Positions 9,333-20,216 of a DNA stretch of 64,000 bases are shown piece by piece (within the stretch, counting starts at the first letter, position 1; each line of letters opens with the position of its first letter). This DNA is from an uncultured Eubacteriales bacterium. Its GTDB lineage: Bacteria; Actinomycetota; Coriobacteriia; Anaerosomatales; JAAXUF01. The DNA is taken from the NCBI GenBank assembly GCA_964644675.1, contig CAZXWK010000001.1, positions 50,430-114,429 of the forward strand. Reading direction: 5' to 3'. Position numbers and translations under genes: made by a program. Under the pieces are notes generated by a model, which was given only the letters and a program-made list of their open reading frames with translations, searched no databases and was not told the origin of the DNA.

Positions 9333-11618
9333 ATGACTATCGACCTCTCCTCACTCAACCCGGCCCAGCGCGAGGCGGTTCTCGCGACCGAAGGCCCCCT
9401 GCTCGTGCTCGCCGGTGCCGGCAGCGGCAAGACCCGCGTCCTCACCTACCGCATCGCGCACATCGTCGGCGACCTGCGGGTCTCGCCCGCTGAGGTCCTC
9501 GCGATCACCTTCACCAACAAGGCTGCCGCCGAGATGCGCGAGCGCCTCGGTGCACTGATCGGCCCCGGCGTGCGGTCGATGTGGGTGATGACCTTTCACG
9601 CGATGTGCGTCCGGATGCTGCGCTACGACGCGGAACTGCTCGGCTTCACGCGCAACTTCACGATCTACGACGCGGACGACTCGAAGCGGCTGCTCAAAGA
9701 GGTCATGCGCGGGCTCGAGATCGACGAGAAGCACTACCCGGTCAACGGGATCGCGAACCGGATCTCCTCGGCGAAGAACGAGCTGCTCTCGGCGTCCGAG
9801 TTCGCGGCGAAGGCGATCACGCCGCCTGACAAGAAGGCGGCTCAGGTCTACGACCGCTACCAGCAGCGGCTGCTGACGGCCAACGCCATGGACTTCGACG
9901 ACCTGCTCGTCAACGCGTACCGGCTGCTCACCTCCGAGCCCACGGTGCTGCGCGCCTACCAGGACCGCTTCCGCTACATCAGCGTCGACGAGTACCAGGA
10001 CACCAACCACGCGCAGTACGAGATCACGAACCTGCTTGCGGGCGGGCACGGCAACCTGATGGTCGTCGGCGACGACGACCAGTCGATCTACTCGTGGCGC
10101 GGGGCGGACATCCGCAACATCCTCGAGTTCGAGCGCGACTACCCGCAGGCGACCGTCATCAAGCTCGAGGAGAACTACCGCTCGACGGCGCGCATCCTCG
10201 CCGCTGCCAACGCGGTCGTCGCGAACAACCCCAACCGCAAGCCCAAGACGCTGTTCACCGCGAACGCCGAGGGCGAGAAGATCTCGAGCTACCTCGCGAG
10301 CGACGAGCGCGACGAGGCCCGCTTCATCACCGCCGAGATCGAGCGGCTCGTCCGCATCGACGGCCGCCGCTACACCGACTTCGCGGTCTTCTACCGCACC
10401 AACGCGCAGTCGAGATCGCTCGAAGACGCGATGCTGCGGGCCGGCGTGCCCTACCGCATCGTCGGTGGTACGCGCTTCTTCGACCGCGCCGAGATCCGCG
10501 ACGTCATGGCCTACCTCAAAGCGGTCGTGAACCCGGCCGACGAGATCTCGCTCAAGCGCATCATCAACACGCCGCGTCGCGGCATCGGCGACACCACCGT
10601 CGAGCGCGTCGAGGCGTCGGCGCGCGAGACGGGCTCGAGCTTCGAGGCCGCGCTGCGCCTCGCGGTCGAGGACGACTCGCTGCAGGCCCGCGCGCGCATC
10701 GCGGTCTCCGGCTTCCTGGGCATCCTCGACGAGATGCGCGCGATGAGCGGCGACCTGCGCGACCTGGTCGAGATGATCGTCGCCCGCGCCGGGCTCATCG
10801 AGGCGCTCGAGGCCGAGAACACCGACGAGTCGCGCGGCCGAGCCGACAACATCCGCGAGTTCTTCGGCGTCGTCTCCGAGTTCGCCGAGAACCACGAGGC
10901 CCCCGACCTCCCCGCGTTCATGGAGTGGCTCGCGCTGCGCACCGACCTCGACGCGCTGGCCGAGGGTGACGAGTACGTCACGCTCATGACCGTGCACACG
11001 GCCAAGGGTCTCGAGTACCCGGTCGTCTTCGTCGCCGGTCTCGAGGAGTCGATCTTCCCGCACGCGAACTCGATGTTCGACCCGTCCGGCCTCGAGGAGG
11101 AGCGCCGGCTCGCCTACGTCGCCATCACGCGCGCCCGCGAGCGCCTCTACCTGTCGCACGCGCACGCTCGCTCGCTCTACGGCACCACGCAGCACAACCC
11201 GCAGAGCCGCTTCGTCGCCGAGATACCCGCCGAGCACCTCGAGGTCTCGGGCGTGGGCTCGCTGGGCGTGAGCGGGAGCGGGTGGGAGAAGCGCGGCGAC
11301 CGGGGCGGCAGCTTCGGGCACGGCTACGACGCCGGCGGCGGGAGCTACTCGCGCGGCGGCCGCGAGGGCGGGTTTGGTGGCGGCAAGGCGGCCGGCGAGC
11401 GGGTCTTCGGGAGCGGCGCGCAGGGCAGCGGTCCCAAGCGCGGGCCCAAGGAGCCGACCGAGTCCTTCTCGGCGGGGGACCTGGTCGACCACAAGGCGTT
11501 CGGGCGGGGGCGCGTCATGTCGGTCAACGGAGACGCGCTCGAGATCCGCTTCGACCGGACGGGCGAGACGAAGAAGCTGCTCGTCGGGTACGCTCCCATC
11601 GTGAAGATCAAGCAGTAG
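9333..11618 (+). CDS. pcrA: ATP-dependent DNA helicase PcrA/UvrD family
   Basis: The N-terminus LNPAQREAVL...AGAGSGKT carries Walker A. Other helicase motifs are DEYQDTN, TVHTAKGLE and VAITRAR. A Gly-rich linker precedes a C-terminal Tudor-like tail (...GRVMSVNGDALEIRFD...). Confidence 0.9.
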   Translation: MTIDLSSLNPAQREAVLATEGPLLVLAGAGSGKTRVLTYRIAHIVGDLRVSPAEVLAITFTNKAAAEMRERLGALIGPGVRSMWVMTFHAMCVRMLRYDAELLGFTRNFTIYDADDSKRLLKEVMRGLEIDEKHYPVNGIANRISSAKNELLSASEFAAKAITPPDKKAAQVYDRYQQRLLTANAMDFDDLLVNAYRLLTSEPTVLRAYQDRFRYISVDEYQDTNHAQYEITNLLAGGHGNLMVVGDDDQSIYSWRGADIRNILEFERDYPQATVIKLEENYRSTARILAAANAVVANNPNRKPKTLFTANAEGEKISSYLASDERDEARFITAEIERLVRIDGRRYTDFAVFYRTNAQSRSLEDAMLRAGVPYRIVGGTRFFDRAEIRDVMAYLKAVVNPADEISLKRIINTPRRGIGDTTVERVEASARETGSSFEAALRLAVEDDSLQARARIAVSGFLGILDEMRAMSGDLRDLVEMIVARAGLIEALEAENTDESRGRADNIREFFGVVSEFAENHEAPDLPAFMEWLALRTDLDALAEGDEYVTLMTVHTAKGLEYPVVFVAGLEESIFPHANSMFDPSGLEEERRLAYVAITRARERLYLSHAHARSLYGTTQHNPQSRFVAEIPAEHLEVSGVGSLGVSGSGWEKRGDRGGSFGHGYDAGGGSYSRGGREGGFGGGKAAGERVFGSGAQGSGPKRGPKEPTESFSAGDLVDHKAFGRGRVMSVNGDALEIRFDRTGETKKLLVGYAPIVKIKQ

Positions 11619-11627
11619 GGGGCGCTC

Positions 11628-13256
11628 GTGGGACCCATCCTCGTGTTCGGCCACAAGAATCCGGACAACGACTCCATCGCCTCGGCGGTGGCCTACGCGC
11701 ATCTCAAGAACGTCACCGACCCCGAGAGCTTCTACGTGCCGGCGCGTCTCGGCCCGGTGCCCAAAGAGGCCGAGTGGGTGTTCCGCCGCTTCGGCGTCGA
11801 GCTGCCCGACGAGGTCACCCACGTCCGCACACGCGTGCGCGACGTCATGACGCCCGACCCGGTCGTCATCGGTGTCGACGAGCCCATGCTCGCCGCCGGG
11901 CTCCTCATGCGCGAGCGCGGCGTCCGTGCGCTTCCGGTGGTCGACGCCGAGGGCCGCGCGGCCGGACTCGTCAGTGAGCGGCTCCTGGCCGAGCGCTACC
12001 TGCACGAGACCGGCATCGAGGGCTTCCGCCGGATGCCCGTCTCGGTAGGGCTCATCGCGCGTACGCTCGAGGGCGAGCTGGTGTGCGGCGACCCGGACGC
12101 GCAGATCACCGGCGACGTGCTCGTCGCCGCGAACGAGCCGTCCACGCTGGTCGCGAGGCTCGCACCCGGCGACGTCGTCATCAGCGGCGACCGCCTGCGC
12201 ACGCCGCCGCTCGCGCTCGAGGCCGGGATCGCGCTGCTCGTGGCGACGGGCGGCTTTCGGCCGTCCGACGACGTCGTCGAGCTCGCCCGTGCGCGCGGCG
12301 CGGCGCTCGTCTGCACCGAGCTCGACGCCTACATCGCGGCGCGCCGCATCTCGCTCGCGCACTCGGTCGGCGACCTGGTCGACGACGAGGTCCCCACGGT
12401 CGGTCCCGAGACGCTGCTCTCCGAGGCCGCCGAGGACCTCATCTCGAGCGTGCACCGCGAGGCGGTCGTCACCGACGCCGAGAACCGCGTCATCGGCATC
12501 ATCACCCGCACCGACGTCGCCCGCGGCACGCGCCGCCGCGTCGTGCTGGTCGACCACAACGAGAAGGGCCAGTCCGCCCCCGGCATCGAAGAGGCGACGG
12601 TCGTCGAGATCGTGGACCACCACCGCGTCGGCGACATCGAGAGCGCCGGCCCGATCCTCTTCCTCAACCTGCCGGTCGGCGCGACGGCGACCATCGTCGC
12701 CTCGCGCTTCGAGGAACTGGGCGTCGAGATCCCCAAGGGGATCGCGGCGGTGCTCCTCTCGGCGGTGTTGACCGACACGGTGCTGCTCAAGTCGCCGACG
12801 ACGACCGACACCGATCGGCGCGTCGCCGAGCGTCTCGCGGCGATGGTGGGCGTCGACGCGCTCGAGTTCGGGATGGAGGTCTTCCGCTCGCGCATGGAGG
12901 GCGAGGTCTTCAGCGCCGAGAAGGTCGTCGGCACCGACGCCAAGGAGTTCCACGTGGGCGACACGGTCGTCCTCGTCGCGCAGTACGAGACCGTCGACGT
13001 CGAGTCGGTCATGGGGCATGCGGGCGAGATCCGTGCGCAGATGGAGGCGGTCGCCTCCGCGAAGGGCTACGACGCCGTGGTGCTCATGGTGACCGACATC
13101 GTGCGCGAGGGGAGCGAGATCCTCGCGGTGGGCGCGGTCCGTCCCGTCGAGCGCGCGCTGGGCATCGACCTGGCGGACGGCTCGGCGTGGATGCCGGGCG
13201 TGCTGTCGCGCAAGAAGCAGGTAGCCGCGCGGCTCGTCGACGCGGTCAGGGGCTGA
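11628..13256 (+). CDS. family II (DHH/DHHA2) inorganic pyrophosphatase with inserted CBS pair/DRTGG region (CBS-PPase)
   Basis: GTG start. DHH motifs are GHKNPDNDS and LVDHNEKGQS. A CBS-like region (VMTPDPVVI...) and a GDR-containing insert sit between them, and the C-terminus is DHHA2-like. Confidence 0.85.
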   Translation: MGPILVFGHKNPDNDSIASAVAYAHLKNVTDPESFYVPARLGPVPKEAEWVFRRFGVELPDEVTHVRTRVRDVMTPDPVVIGVDEPMLAAGLLMRERGVRALPVVDAEGRAAGLVSERLLAERYLHETGIEGFRRMPVSVGLIARTLEGELVCGDPDAQITGDVLVAANEPSTLVARLAPGDVVISGDRLRTPPLALEAGIALLVATGGFRPSDDVVELARARGAALVCTELDAYIAARRISLAHSVGDLVDDEVPTVGPETLLSEAAEDLISSVHREAVVTDAENRVIGIITRTDVARGTRRRVVLVDHNEKGQSAPGIEEATVVEIVDHHRVGDIESAGPILFLNLPVGATATIVASRFEELGVEIPKGIAAVLLSAVLTDTVLLKSPTTTDTDRRVAERLAAMVGVDALEFGMEVFRSRMEGEVFSAEKVVGTDAKEFHVGDTVVLVAQYETVDVESVMGHAGEIRAQMEAVASAKGYDAVVLMVTDIVREGSEILAVGAVRPVERALGIDLADGSAWMPGVLSRKKQVAARLVDAVRG

Positions 13257-13257
13257 C

Positions 13258-13950
13258 GTGCCGGGCACGCCGACACCGACCGAGAGCTGGCGCCGCGACC
13301 CGGCGGCGGGCTGGATCGCGCTCGGCGGGCTGGGGGCTCTCGCGGCGTCCGCGTTCGTCGCGCTCGCGATCGTGGAGCTCGCGGTGCCCGCGGTCGGACG
13401 CTTCGACGCGATGCTCTCGGCGGTGGTCCGCGCGATGCAGAACCCGCTGCTGACGCGCTTCGCCGTCGCCTGCACGACCCTGGGGAGCACGTGGGTGATC
13501 GCGGGCGTCACCGTCGCGGTCGGCATCTGGCTCGCCACGCGCAGGGCGTGGGCGGGGCTGATCTACCTGCTCATGACGGTGCCGGTCGGCTGGTTCCTGG
13601 GCGACGTGCTCGCGAAGAACCTGATCCAGCGCGCGCGTCCGGTAGGTGTCGCCCTCATCGAGCTTCCCAAGAGCTACTCGTTGCCCAGCGGGCACGCGCT
13701 CGCGAGCCTCCTGCTGTACGCCGCGATCGTCGCGATCGTGATGATCGAGACCCCGCCGGGCCGACACGTGAAGCGCTGGGTGTTCGGGATCGCCGCGCTC
13801 GCCATCGTGCTGGTCGGCTGGTCGCGCGTCTACCTGGGCGTCCACTGGGCGGGCGACGTGCTCGCGGCATGGTTCTTCGGGCTTGCGTGGTGGGCACTCA
13901 TGACCGCGATCTACTTCGGGTCCGTCCGCATGGAGGCCAAGCGGCCGTAG
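13258..13950 (+). CDS. PAP2-family membrane phosphatase
   Basis: All three PAP2 motifs are present in a polytopic membrane protein: KNLIQRARP, PSGH and SRVYLGVHWAGD. Confidence 0.8.
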   Translation: MPGTPTPTESWRRDPAAGWIALGGLGALAASAFVALAIVELAVPAVGRFDAMLSAVVRAMQNPLLTRFAVACTTLGSTWVIAGVTVAVGIWLATRRAWAGLIYLLMTVPVGWFLGDVLAKNLIQRARPVGVALIELPKSYSLPSGHALASLLLYAAIVAIVMIETPPGRHVKRWVFGIAALAIVLVGWSRVYLGVHWAGDVLAAWFFGLAWWALMTAIYFGSVRMEAKRP

Positions 13951-13981
13951 GGCGCCCAGGCGCGGGCAGCGCCTCGTGCCG

Positions 13982-15739
13982 CTACACCGCGCGCGGAAGC
14001 GAGAGCGTGAACTCCGTCCCCGCTCCAACCTCCGAGGTCACCGAGACCGCGCCCCCGTTGCGCTCGACCACGTGCTTGACGAGCGCCAGTCCCAGCCCGG
14101 TCCCGCCGCTGTCGCGACTCCGCGCCTGGTCGACGCGGTAGAAGCGCTCGAAGATGCGTGGCAGGTGCTCCGCCGAGATGCCGGGGCCCGTGTCGCTCAC
14201 CTTCAGCCGCACGATCGACTCCGAGACCTTCACGCTCACCCGCACGCCACCGCTCTCGGTGTAGGCGATCGCGTTGTCCAGCAGGTTGTCGAGTGCGATC
14301 GCGAGGTCGGTTCGCTCGACCGCCACGAACACGTCGAGCCCCCGCACCGCCGAGAAGTCGACGTCGAGGTCGAGCCCCGCACGGCTCGCCGCCGCCCGGT
14401 GTCCCGTCACGGCCACGTCGAGCGCCTGTCGCACGTCGGTCACGGCGCCCGGCGCGGGCGTGCCTTCGAGCCGGGAGAGGTCGAGCAGGTCGCCGACCAG
14501 CCGCTTGAGACGCGAGGCCTCGGCCTCGATCTGGCGCGAGAACGCGAGCGACTGCTCGACGTCGCCGTCGGCTGCGGCGTGGCCCGCGGACTCGGCGAGC
14601 AGCTGGATGCCGGCGACCGGCGTCTTGAGCTCGTGGCTCGCATTGGCGACGAAGTCGCGCCTGACCCGGTCGAGGCGCGCGAGTTCGGTTACGTCCGAGA
14701 CGACCACGAGCGTCCGTCCCTCGCCCCGCGCGTCGTCGAGCGGGACCAGGACGACGCGCAGGGTGCGGCCGAGCGGGTCCGGTGGCAGCTCCGCCGCGAA
14801 GCCGGTCTTCTCGGCAAGGTGGTCGAGGATCTGCGCGGCGAGTGATTCGGGGAGCCCGAGGCGCTCGAGGCGCGTGTCGCGCCAGCCGGCGCGGGGTGCG
14901 CGGAACATGCGGCCCGCCGCGCTGTTCGCGTAGCGGACCACGTCGCCCTCGAGGAGCAGGACCGTGTCCGACAGGCCGTCCAGCGCGGTCCTCAGCGTCC
15001 GCTGCTCGGTCTCCAACGCCGAGAGACGCGACTGCATCTGCGATCGCAGTCCGGTGAGGGCCGCGGCGAGGTCGGCGAGGTCGGCGGGGACTTCGGGAAC
15101 CGGCGTCGTCAGGTCGCCGGCGGCCATGCGCTCGGCGGTCGAGGTGAGTTCGGCGATCGGGCGCGCAGCCGCCCCGCTCGCCCAGGTCGCGATGATCCCC
15201 GCGAACACGACCGCCGCGATCAGGAGCGCCAGTCCCACCCGGCGAGAGGTCTGCGCGATCGCCCCTACCGTCGACAGCGGTTGCGCGGCGCGGACCGCGA
15301 CTCGCGCGCCGTCGAGCTGGGCCGGCACGGCCACGTAGAGCTCTTCGACGCCGTCGTTCTTCGAGACGCGCCGAGCGGTGCCCACGCGACCCTCGAGCGC
15401 GGCTGCCACCTCGGGCCGTCCGGCGTGGTTGTCCATGGTCGCGGGCGAGTTCGCCGAGTCGGCGAGAACCGCCCCGTCCGCCGAGACGATCGTCAGCCGC
15501 ACGTCGGTCTTCTCGACGATGCGCTTGGCGACGACCTGAGGGGACTCGGTCGTCTCGGCGGCGTAGAGGGCGGCCGACTGCGCGACCGCGCCGAGGTTGC
15601 GCTGTTGCTGCTCGATGACGGCGCGCGTGAGCGGGCCGTAGAGCGACCAGAGCCACGCGGCGGCGAAGACCGCACCCACCAGCACGTACCCGATGATGAG
15701 GCGGGCACGGTAGGAGTCGGCGATGCGCGCGATCCGCAT
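13982..15739 (-). CDS. phoR: sensor histidine kinase, PhoR/SenX3-like (TM-sensor-HAMP-PAS-HisKA-HATPase)
   Basis: The start MRIARIADS overlaps the stop of the upstream regulator gene by 1 nt (ATGA). H-box SHELKTPVAGI, N-box LLDNAIAYT, G-boxes DTGPGI and GGTGLGLALV. The symbol is inferred only from adjacency to pstSCAB. Confidence 0.8.
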   Translation of the reverse strand: MRIARIADSYRARLIIGYVLVGAVFAAAWLWSLYGPLTRAVIEQQQRNLGAVAQSAALYAAETTESPQVVAKRIVEKTDVRLTIVSADGAVLADSANSPATMDNHAGRPEVAAALEGRVGTARRVSKNDGVEELYVAVPAQLDGARVAVRAAQPLSTVGAIAQTSRRVGLALLIAAVVFAGIIATWASGAAARPIAELTSTAERMAAGDLTTPVPEVPADLADLAAALTGLRSQMQSRLSALETEQRTLRTALDGLSDTVLLLEGDVVRYANSAAGRMFRAPRAGWRDTRLERLGLPESLAAQILDHLAEKTGFAAELPPDPLGRTLRVVLVPLDDARGEGRTLVVVSDVTELARLDRVRRDFVANASHELKTPVAGIQLLAESAGHAAADGDVEQSLAFSRQIEAEASRLKRLVGDLLDLSRLEGTPAPGAVTDVRQALDVAVTGHRAAASRAGLDLDVDFSAVRGLDVFVAVERTDLAIALDNLLDNAIAYTESGGVRVSVKVSESIVRLKVSDTGPGISAEHLPRIFERFYRVDQARSRDSGGTGLGLALVKHVVERNGGAVSVTSEVGAGTEFTLSLPRAV

Positions 15740-16467
15740 CAGTCGGCGTCCGGTTCGCGGAGCGCGGCTTCGGACTTCAGGACCGGCTCGAAGCGGTAGC
15801 CCATGCCGTGCACGGTGTGGACGTACAGGTACTCCGACGGGTCCTCGATCGCCTGGCGAACTCGCCGGATGTGGACGTCGATCGTGCGCGAGGACGGCAG
15901 GTGCTCGTAGCCCCACACCTCTTCCGCGAGCAGTTGACGCGTGGCGAGCTGGCCTTCTCGGCGCGCGAGAGAGAGCAGGAGCTGGAACTCCTTGAGGCGC
16001 AGCTTGACCGGCGCGCCCGCCACCGAGGCCCGGAAGCTTCGCGGCTCGAGAACCAGGTCGCCCACCTCGATACGGGTGTCGTCGGCGAGGGTCTCCTTGG
16101 TCCGCACGCGGCGCAGGTTCGCGCGAACGCGCGCGAGCAGCTCTTCCATGGAGAACGGCTTGGTGATGTAGTCGTCGGCCCCGGCGTCCAGCCCGCGAAC
16201 CTTGTCGCGCTCGGTGTCGAGCGCGGTGACCATGACGATGGCGGTCTCCTTGTCCTCGGCGCGCAGCCGCTCGGCGATCTGGTAGCCGTCCATCGTGGGC
16301 AGCATGAGGTCCAGAAGCACCAGGTCGGGCCGCACCGTCTCGGCGGCCGCCAGCGCGTCGCCGCCGTCCGCGACGGCATGCACCGTGAAGCCCGCTCGCT
16401 TGAGAGCGTACTCCACCGTCTGCCTGATGATCGGGTCGTCCTCGACCACGAGGATCGTAGCCATCAT
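15739..16467 (-). CDS. phoP: OmpR/PhoB-family response regulator
   Basis: The start MMATILVVEDD follows GGAGAGG. It has a receiver domain (DLVLLDLMLP...) and a winged-helix output domain (...VHTVHGMGYRF). The symbol is inferred from context. Confidence 0.85.
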   Translation of the reverse strand: MMATILVVEDDPIIRQTVEYALKRAGFTVHAVADGGDALAAAETVRPDLVLLDLMLPTMDGYQIAERLRAEDKETAIVMVTALDTERDKVRGLDAGADDYITKPFSMEELLARVRANLRRVRTKETLADDTRIEVGDLVLEPRSFRASVAGAPVKLRLKEFQLLLSLARREGQLATRQLLAEEVWGYEHLPSSRTIDVHIRRVRQAIEDPSEYLYVHTVHGMGYRFEPVLKSEAALREPDAD

Positions 16468-16544
16468 GTGCGCCTCTCCGAGAAGGGTGCCGTTCGCGTG
16501 CCCATGATGGCACCCGCGACGCGTCCCGACGAGCGATTTCACGA

Positions 16545-16595
16545 ACAGTTAACACACGTGTTTCGGAGTTTACTTCGGTGCAACCACTCGTTGCT
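16545..16595. promoter_or_regulatory. candidate Pho-box-like repeats in the divergent phoP/pstS intergenic region
   Basis: GTTAACACACG-TGTTTCGGAGT-TTACTTCGGTG gives three roughly 11-nt units with TTxACx-like cores, plus the palindrome ACACGTGT. This is pattern only, with no consensus scoring. Confidence 0.25.
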
Positions 16596-16667
16596 CGACC
16601 GCCCATAGCATTTCCCTCGGCGGTATCGCCGCCAAAACGTCGTCAATTCCTGGACAGGGGAGTGATC

Positions 16668-17561
16668 GTGAAAGCATCGAAGTGGCTGGTGGTCCTCGGC
16701 CTCGCCGCCGCCGTGGTCGGCGCGCTGGCGCTGACGGGCTGCGGACCTGCCGGCAGCGACCAGGGTTCGAGCACCGAGTCGTCCTCGGGCAGCGAGCTGA
16801 CCGGCACGATCAACGTGGCCGGCTCGGACACGATGGTCAATCTCGCGCAGGCCTGGGCCGAGAAGTTCAATGAGGCGAACCCGGGCGTGCAGATCACCGT
16901 CAAGGGCGGCGGTTCGGGCAACGGCATCGCCGCGCTCATCAACAAGACCGTCGACTTCGCCGACGCGTCGCGTGAGATGAAGGACGAGGAGAAGTCGGCC
17001 GCCTCGGCGGCAGGCGTCGATCCCGTCGAGACCGAGGTCGCCCGTGATGGCGTCGTCATCATCGTGAACAAGCAAAACGCCGTCGCCGCACTCACCAAGG
17101 AGCAGCTCGGCAAGATCTACGCGGGCGAGCTCACCAACTGGAAGGACGTCGGCGGTGCCGACGCCGCGATCGTGCTGCTCGGCCGCGACACCTCGTCAGG
17201 CACCTACGGCTTCGTCAAAGACGAGGTGCTCGGCAAGCTCCCCAACAAGCCGGAGTACGCCAAGGAGATGCGCAACTTGCAGTCCTCGCAGGCGATCGTC
17301 GACGAGGTCGGCAAGAACCCGAACGCGATCGGCTACGTCGGCTTGGGCTACGAGAACGCGACGATCAAGCCGGTCTCGATCGACGGCACCCAGGCCTCGG
17401 TCGAGAGCGTGCTCGACGGCAGCTACGCACTGAGCCGCGGCCTGCTGATGTACAGCGATGGTCAGCCTGACGGCGCCAAGAAGGCGTACCTGGACTGGAT
17501 CCTGGGTCCCGAGGGTCAGAAGCTGGTCGAGGAGCAGGGCTTCGTGCCCCTCGCCAAGTAG
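16668..17561 (+). CDS. pstS: phosphate ABC transporter substrate-binding lipoprotein
   Basis: GTG follows CAGGGGA. Lipobox LALTGC. The translation GSDTMVNLAQAWAE...GGGSGNGIAAL... is typical of PstS. An alternative GTG lies at 16662. Confidence 0.9.
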   Translation: MKASKWLVVLGLAAAVVGALALTGCGPAGSDQGSSTESSSGSELTGTINVAGSDTMVNLAQAWAEKFNEANPGVQITVKGGGSGNGIAALINKTVDFADASREMKDEEKSAASAAGVDPVETEVARDGVVIIVNKQNAVAALTKEQLGKIYAGELTNWKDVGGADAAIVLLGRDTSSGTYGFVKDEVLGKLPNKPEYAKEMRNLQSSQAIVDEVGKNPNAIGYVGLGYENATIKPVSIDGTQASVESVLDGSYALSRGLLMYSDGQPDGAKKAYLDWILGPEGQKLVEEQGFVPLAK

Positions 17562-17576
17562 CGACGGAGTAGATAC

Positions 17577-18503
17577 GTGATAGAGCCGTCGCACTCGCGC
17601 ACGGCGCGCAAGGGCCGCCCGGCATTCAGCCGGGCGGCCGACGCCGTCGCAAGGAACCTCATATGGGTATGCGGCTGGGTGGCCATCGTCATCCTCGCCG
17701 CCATCTTCGGCTTCCTCGTGCTCAACTCGTGGAAGGCGATCCAGTCGCAGGGCCTGTGGAACATGATCACCGGGACCGACTGGTACCCGGTCTCGACGCC
17801 GCCGTCCTACGGCTTCCTCCCCGCCGAGGTCGGCTCGCTCTGGGTCACCGGGGTCGCCCTGCTGCTGGCCGTGCCGATCGCAATCGGTGCGGCCGTCTAC
17901 CTGTCGGAGTTCGCGACAGGGCGCCCCAAGGAGCTCATGAAGTCGGTGGTCGAGTTCATGGCCGCCGTTCCGTCGGTCGTGCTCGGACTGCTGGGGCTGG
18001 CGTACCTCTCGCCGCTCGTGGCCAGCGTGTTCGGCCTGGACTCTGGCCTGACCGCGTTGACCGCGGGCCTGGTGGTCGGCGTCATGACACTGCCGACCAT
18101 CATCTCGATCGCCGAGGACGCGCTGCACAACGTGCCGTTCGACCTGCGGCAGGGGTCGCTCGCCCTGGGCAACACGCGGTGGCAGACGACGTACAAGGTG
18201 ACCATCCCGGCGGCATCATCCGGCATCTTCGCCGCCGTGATGCTGGGCCTCGGCCGCGCGATCGGGGAGACGATGGTCGTGCTCATGCTCGCGGGCAACT
18301 CGGGCGTCGTCATCACCTCGCCGCTCGAGGCTGCGCGTACGCTCACCGGCACGATCGCGCAGGAGATGGGCGAGGTCGTTCGTGGCGGGGAGCACTACTC
18401 CGTGCTCTTCACGATGGGACTCGTGCTCTTCGCGATCACGTTCGCGGTCAACCTCGCGGCCGACCTGGTGCTCGAGCGCCAGCGGAAGCGGTGGCGCCGA
18501 TGA
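17577..18503 (+). CDS. pstC: phosphate ABC transporter permease PstC
   Basis: Six-TM permease with the EAA-like loop (...[23 protein letters not shown]) in the pstSCAB order. Confidence 0.9.
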   Translation: MIEPSHSRTARKGRPAFSRAADAVARNLIWVCGWVAIVILAAIFGFLVLNSWKAIQSQGLWNMITGTDWYPVSTPPSYGFLPAEVGSLWVTGVALLLAVPIAIGAAVYLSEFATGRPKELMKSVVEFMAAVPSVVLGLLGLAYLSPLVASVFGLDSGLTALTAGLVVGVMTLPTIISIAEDALHNVPFDLRQGSLALGNTRWQTTYKVTIPAASSGIFAAVMLGLGRAIGETMVVLMLAGNSGVVITSPLEAARTLTGTIAQEMGEVVRGGEHYSVLFTMGLVLFAITFAVNLAADLVLERQRKRWRR

Positions 18504-19375
18504 CCGATCGACGGATGAGCCACGCTCGCGTCCGCCGGGCGCGCATGGTCGAGCAGGTCGCGAAGGTGGTCACGGGTGCGTGCCTCCTGTTCGCGGTGGG
18601 CGCCACCGTGGCGATCATCGCCCTCATCATCTACCGGGGCCTGCCGTCGATCTCGCTCGAGTTCATCTTCGGCATGCCCCGGAAGAACATGACGGCGGGC
18701 GGCATCTGGCCGGCGATCTATGGGACGATCCTGCTCACCCTGGGCACCGCGCTCTTCGCGCTGCCGCTCGGCGTCGGTGCGGGCGTCTACCTCGCCGAGT
18801 ACGCGCGGCGCGGCGCCGGCACGCGCGTGATCCGGCTCTCGATCCAGAACATGGCCGGCGTGCCTTCGATCGTCTACGGGCTCTTCGGCCTCTCGGCGTT
18901 CGTGATCGTCATGCGCTACGGCGTCTCGCTGCTCGCCGGCTCGCTCACCCTCGCCTGTCTGACGCTGCCCGTGATCATCGCGGCGACGGAGGAGTCACTG
19001 CGCCAGGTGCCGCAGGACCTGCGGCAGGCGTCGCTCGCGCTCGGTGCGACCAAGCTGCGCACGATCACGCGGGTGGTGCTCCCGGCTGCGGCCCCGGGCA
19101 TCGTGACCGGCTCGATCCTCGGCCTGTCACGGGCGGCGGGCGAGACGGCTCCCATCATCCTCACCGCCGCGGCGTTCTACGCGCCGATGCCGCGGTCACC
19201 GTTCGACCAGGTCATGGCGCTGCCGTACCACCTCTACATCATGGCCACTCAGGCGGTCAGGCCGTCTCCCGCGATCATCTGGGGCACGGCCCTCGTCCTC
19301 GTCGCCGGGGTCACGACCGCGGGGGTCCTCGCGGCGACCTGGCGTTCTCGGCAAAGGAGCAAGATCAGATGGTAG
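18500..19375 (+). CDS. pstA: phosphate ABC transporter permease PstA
   Basis: ATG at 18500 overlaps the pstC stop. The permease loop is ...[23 protein letters not shown]. Confidence 0.9.
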   Translation: MTDRRMSHARVRRARMVEQVAKVVTGACLLFAVGATVAIIALIIYRGLPSISLEFIFGMPRKNMTAGGIWPAIYGTILLTLGTALFALPLGVGAGVYLAEYARRGAGTRVIRLSIQNMAGVPSIVYGLFGLSAFVIVMRYGVSLLAGSLTLACLTLPVIIAATEESLRQVPQDLRQASLALGATKLRTITRVVLPAAAPGIVTGSILGLSRAAGETAPIILTAAAFYAPMPRSPFDQVMALPYHLYIMATQAVRPSPAIIWGTALVLVAGVTTAGVLAATWRSRQRSKIRW

Positions 19376-20163
19376 GTTCCGCGAGCAGCGCGACCGGCAC
19401 GTTCGACCTCCACGACGTGTCGGTCACGTATGGGAAGGAAACGGCGATCGCCGGTGTCGACCTGCACATCCCCCCGCAGGCGGTCACGGCGCTCATCGGG
19501 CCGTCAGGGTGCGGCAAGTCCACGCTCCTGCGCTGCCTCAACCGCATGAACGACGAGCTCGGCAGCGTGACGGTCGGCGGTCGCGTGCTGCTCGACGGTG
19601 AGGACATCAACAGCGGCAAGGTGGATCCCGTCGAATTGAGGATGCGGGTCGGCATGGTGTTCCAGCGGCCCAATCCATTCCCGATGACGATCTACGAGAA
19701 CGTCACGTACGGGCCCCGGACGCAAGGCATCCGCAAGCGCGCCGAGCTCGATGCGATCGTCGAGGAGTCGCTGACCCGGGCTGCGTTGTGGACCGAGGTC
19801 AAGGGAGTGCTCAAGAAGCACGCGTTCGAGCTCTCGGGCGGTCAGCAGCAGCGGCTGTGCATCGCCCGGGCCCTGGCGACCCGGCCCGAGGTCCTGCTCA
19901 TGGATGAGCCGGCCTCAGCGCTCGACCCGATCTCGACTCAGCAGATCGAGGACACCATCGCAGAACTCAAGAGTTCGGTCACGATCGTGATCGTCACCCA
20001 CAACATGCAGCAGGCCGCTCGCATCTCCGACCAGACCGCGTTCATGCTGCGCGAGTCGATGGACGCCCCCGCACAGCTCGTCGAGGTCGGGGACACCAAG
20101 ACGATGTTCATGACGCCCGCCGATACGCGCACCGAGGCCTATATCACGGGCCGCTTCGGCTAG
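19369..20163 (+). CDS. pstB: phosphate ABC transporter ATP-binding protein
   Basis: Walker [10 protein letters not shown], signature LSGGQQQRL, Walker B LLMDEP. The start overlaps the pstA end by 7 nt. Confidence 0.95.
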   Translation: MVGSASSATGTFDLHDVSVTYGKETAIAGVDLHIPPQAVTALIGPSGCGKSTLLRCLNRMNDELGSVTVGGRVLLDGEDINSGKVDPVELRMRVGMVFQRPNPFPMTIYENVTYGPRTQGIRKRAELDAIVEESLTRAALWTEVKGVLKKHAFELSGGQQQRLCIARALATRPEVLLMDEPASALDPISTQQIEDTIAELKSSVTIVIVTHNMQQAARISDQTAFMLRESMDAPAQLVEVGDTKTMFMTPADTRTEAYITGRFG

Positions 20164-20216
20164 GACCGGGCTGCCGCGACGGGTAGGCCCGGGCGGGAGA
20201 CCTTCAGAGAAAAGCG

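Noticed and set aside
9351-13538. 1395-aa ORF on the minus strand spanning the pcrA, pyrophosphatase and PAP2 region
   Set aside because: It is antisense to three well-supported plus-strand genes. The translation is Arg/Ala/Gly/Asp/His-rich low-complexity sequence with no motif. This is a typical stop-codon-poor shadow frame of very GC-rich DNA.
13982-16606. 874-aa ORF read as one histidine-kinase gene
   Set aside because: The first 289 codons overlap the response-regulator gene out of frame and are low-complexity. The kinase starts at MRIARIADS (15739), which overlaps the regulator stop.
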